NCBI GenBank assembly: GCA_002104905.1
Contig: MCFE01000347.1
Coordinates: 25,609-89,608, forward strand
Reading direction: 5' to 3'
Origin: Basidiobolus meristosporus CBS 931.73
Lineage: Eukaryota > Fungi > Basidiobolomycota
Length of the DNA stretch: 64,000 bases
Within the stretch, counting starts at the first letter, position 1; each line of letters begins with the position of its first letter. The notes beneath the pieces were generated by a model, which saw only the letters and a list, made by a program, of their open reading frames with translations, made no database searches and had not been told where the DNA came from. Position numbers and translations under genes: made by a program. Of this stretch, positions 59,966-64,000 are shown piece after piece.

Positions 59966-62900
59966 TGTTATGATCTGCCGCTTGAATGTTTAAGTTAGAT
60001 CAGTTTTTAGTCAAATCAATTAGTATATATTTAGGTTATGAGTATATCAGTATTATCTATGAAATCAGTAGCATTAGTCAGCAAATGAATCAGCAGATCC
60101 TTATCAGACAGAAATAGATATATTAAGTAGGATCTTATTGGGTGATGATGATGCAATCAAATGAGTCATCAGCCACAACCTACATTAGGAAATACAATTA
60201 GTCAGCAATTGATCTGGCAAAATGTATATAAGGAGCTGCTGGAACCTCAATAAAAATCAGTTCAAGTTTTAGTGAATACAATACTAGCTAAACTCCCTAT
60301 TCCTCTACAACTCTTATACCAAGACTTGTAACATTGGTAGCAGCGATAACCAGAAACCTCCCTCCTGAAGAAAGAAGAAACCACCCTCAAGATGTCGGAC
60401 AATCAAGAATGGAAGAATGCCATGCAGCAAATCCTGGCCCAACAGCAACAGCTACTCCAGATCCTCAGCCAACAGCAACAAGGAATGACTACCATGGCTC
60501 AGAGCCAGCAAAGCCCTGTCAAGAGCAACTTTAGTGTGAAGGTCAACCGGTACCATGGCAGAGTCAATGAAAACCTGGGAACTTGGCTCTTTCAGATTGA
60601 AGAAGCTTTTAAAGCTAAAGGAATTGCTCCAGAGAGCAAGTTGCATTATGCAGCTTCTTACCTGGCAGATGCAGCTTTACAGTGGTACCACAACAAGATC
60701 AGGTCAGCTACTATGATGGGATGCTCTACAATCTCTACCTGGGATGAGTTTGTGTCGGAAATTCAGGATGCTTTTGAACCTCCACACCAGCAGACACTAC
60801 TAAGAAGGAAGTTAAAGACACTCAGACAGAAAGGAATGGTGCAAGAATACATCTATGAGTACAGATGTCTACTTGGACAAATTGAAAGAATGGACCCCTT
60901 GGATCAAGTTGAATACTTTATTGATGGGTTGAAAGAAAGAACTCGCAAGGAAGTCAATTACCAAAGACCTCAGACTATTGAAGAAGCCATCAAGATTGCC
61001 ATTGACTATGACTCAGCTATGTTTGGAGTTGGGAAGCCTACAGTGACTAGTCAGAAAGGCTATAATCATTATGAAAGAAGACAATCAGAAGCAGTACCAA
61101 TGGAAATAGACGCTATGCAGAAGAATCCCTCCTCAGAAGAATGCAAGAAGAGAGGACTTTGCTTCAATTGCCACCAGCAGGGACATATTGCAAAGTACTG
61201 CCCTCAGAGAAGAAATGGACACCAGCCAACAAGAACCTTCAACCATATTGAGTCCCATGAACACAATAATGAGGAAGATGAGCTTGAAGAAGACTCGGAA
61301 CTCACCTTCCATATGACAGAAGAGTACTTGTGCCAAATGACTTCAAACTCAGGGAAGTTATTGTACCTGAATGGAGCAATCAATGGAGTACCTGCCAAGA
61401 TCATGATTGACTCAGGAGCATCGCATGAGTACATGTCAGAGCAATTTGCTTTGAAAGCTGGAATCAACTCGGAACCTACCAAATCAACTTCAGTCTCCAC
61501 AGCTGATGGGAACTCCCACATAATCAACCGTATTACCCAGCCAGTAAGAATGAAGATCAATGACTATGAAGAAGACCTACAGGCTTATATATTTGGGAAC
61601 TGCAAGTTTGACCTTGTACTTGGGAAAACCTGGCTATTTTGTCGTAATCCATCAATCAACTGGAGAACCCATGCTACTCAGATCCAAAAAGACAACAAGA
61701 CCTATGAGCTATTACCTGCCAGGCTGGATTTCAACTTGGTCAATTCCAGTGTGTGTGAGACAAGTGAACTTAGCAAGACCCAGTTCTGTAGAGCACTTAG
61801 AAAAGGTACCCAGATGTTCCTCATGGCGGTATTACAGGAGGATTCCTCTATCCCAGCACCCCAGCAGGTCCAGACTCTCTTGAAGAAATATTCAGACGTG
61901 TTTCCAGATGAGCTTGTAAGCCTACCACCAGTCAGAGATGTGGATCATGCCATTGACACAGGAGATAGCCCTCCAGTGAGCAAGACACCTTACAGAATGA
62001 GTCCATTGGAATCTGGAGGAAATGAAGAAACAAATTGATCAGCTATTGGAGCAAGGATACATCAGGCCCAGCAAGTCACCTTGGGGAGCACCAGTGCTTT
62101 TTGTGAAAAAGAAGGATGGAACACTTAGGATGTGCATTGACTACAGAGCCCTGAACTCAGTTACCGTCAAGAATAAGTACCCCATACCTTGGATTGATGA
62201 GCTTTTGGACCAACTTAATGGAGCCACTATTTTCAGCAAGATCGACCTCATGTCAGGATACAACCAGATTAGGGTGAAACCAGAAGATATCCCTAAGACA
62301 GCATTCAGGACCAGATATGGACATTACGAGTACTTAGTCATGAGTTTTGGCCTCACTAATGCCCCTGCAACATTCATGACGCTGATGCAGACTGTCTTTC
62401 AGGAGTACTTAGACAAGTTTGTGATAATCTACCTGGATGACATATTGATATACAGCAAGACAGAAAAGGATCACATGGTGCACATTGAAAAGGTCTTGAA
62501 GAAACTAAGAGAGAACAAGCTATACGGCAAGCTAGCCAAGTGTGAATTCTTCAAGGAACACGTAGAATATCTGGGACACATAGTGACTAGCACAGGAGTA
62601 ACCTTAGACCCAAGAAGGTGGAAGTAATCAAGAATTTGAAGCAGCCCCATAGCATATCAGAACTCAGATCCTTCCTTGGAATGGTTTCCTATTATCGGAG
62701 ATTTGTCAAGTCATTTGCAAGTATTGCAGCCCCTTTAACTGATATCCTCAAGAAAGACAATACCTACAAGTGGGACATAGCTTGTGAGACTGCCTTCCAG
62801 ACAGCTAAAGAATGAACTTGCTAAGCTGCCAAGCTTAAGAATACCAGACTTCAGAAAAGAGTTCACTCTGTGCACAGATGCTTCAGATTATGCAATTGGT

Positions 62901-64000
62901 GGAGTGCTGAGCCAAGAACACGAGGGAAAGGACTACCCTGTTGCCTTTGAATCCAAGAAACTGAACTCAGCAGAACAAAACTATCCAGTCCATGAGAAGG
63001 AGATGCTTGCTATAATACACTGTTTGAAGACATGGAGATGCTATATTGAAGGAGTCAAATGCACTGTGAAGACTGATCATGCCTCCCTCAAGTATATATT
63101 TACTCAGAAGGTACTCTCTAGAAGAATGACAAGATGGAGTGAATACATTCAGCAATTTGACCTGGAGATTGTCTACTGTCCTGGAAAAAACAACACGGTT
63201 GCTGATGCCTTATCAAGATTAGATCAAGTTGCACAACTCAACTTGGTGCATGAATCAGATTGGCCTAGCCTATTACCAAAGTACTTGGAGGACCAAGCCA
63301 TTCCTAATGAGGTGGATGAAGATATCAAGAAGATAATCCGTGATGAAGCCAGCAAATTTGTTGTACAGGAATGAAACACTCTACCGAAATTGTTGATGGA
63401 AGCCCTATTGCCTATTGTCCTTATGTTGCTTGCCTGGATTTAATACATAAGCTACACAATGGATATGGACATCTTGGGATTGAAGGAACCTATAGCCTTG
63501 TGAAAAGCCAGAGCATGGTGGCCCAGAATGAAACAAGACATTGAGAAGCTAGTAAAAACATGCCCAAACTGCCAAATCAATCAAGGCCAGCCACAAAGAA
63601 TTGCCGAACTCTTCCCTTTGGAGCCTGTAAGACCATTTGAGAGATGGGGAATTGACTTTATTGGAAGACTGCCAACTACCAGGAAATGCAACCGTTGGAT
63701 CCTAGTAGCAATTGACCATGCCACTAAATGGCCAGTTGCTAAAGCTGTACCAATAGCCAGTGAACAAGAAGTTGCAAGTTTCATTTACCATGAGATCCTG
63801 ATGAAGTTTGGATGCCCTGTGGAGATCTTATCCGATAGAGGTGCAAACTTTATGGCAAAGACATTAGAGGCTTACCTGGAAATGCAGCAGATCAGACACT
63901 TGAAAACCTCGGCATATCACCCCAGAACTAATGGAGTCACTGAGCGGTTTAATGGATTATTTGGAAAAATGCTGACCAAGTATGCAAATGGAGTTGTCAG
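59966..64000 (+). mobile_element. Ty3/gypsy family C, unit 2; runs off the window
   Basis: LTR at 59966-60333, PBS TGGTAGCAGCG, and a single-ORF gag-pol from 60392 broken by indels near 62010, 62612, 62800 and later. The integrase core (WGIDFIG, SDRG, NGVTERFN) is at the window end. Confidence 0.92.

Larger units (their letters stand above)
13900..64000. other. CpG-depleted nested transposon island
   Basis: CG dinucleotides become rare after ~14 kb. From ~15.4 kb onward most sequence can be assigned to repeats; 14.0-15.4 kb is unclassified. No host gene was detected. Confidence 0.85.

Overview
Eukaryotic window, most consistent with an early-diverging (non-Dikarya) fungus: short GT-AG introns, Kex2, fungal EPT1 and FIT families, and a T-box gene. 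It has two compartments. (1) 1-~13.9 kb is CpG-rich and gene-dense: a partial multi-TM membrane protein, an intact kexin (KEX2), a decayed choline/ethanolamine phosphotransferase, an inositol polyphosphate 5-phosphatase ending in a CaaX-like motif, a decayed FIT-family gene and a Brachyury-like T-box gene. (2) ~13.9-64 kb is an AT-rich, CpG-depleted island of nested transposons with no host genes seen. The island holds three copies of a ~5.8 kb CMC/EnSpm DNA transposon (CCCTATGAAAA termini) carrying a tnp2/DUF4218 transposase and a divergent unknown ORF-X. Inside these are: a Gag-protease-only LTR family with a tRNA-Lys PBS whose three insertions all hit RCGG; an ORF-intact Tf1/sushi-type chromovirus with a self-priming PBS and -1 frameshift signal; a ~1 kb fold-back duplication of the DNA transposon promoter region; and two solo LTRs with CCCCTTT arrays. 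Further right are a young Ty1/copia element with a YVDS RT motif and a Ty3/gypsy element apparently inserted into its own family. Coordinates were read by eye and no database searches were run. Family labels A, C and D are my working names.
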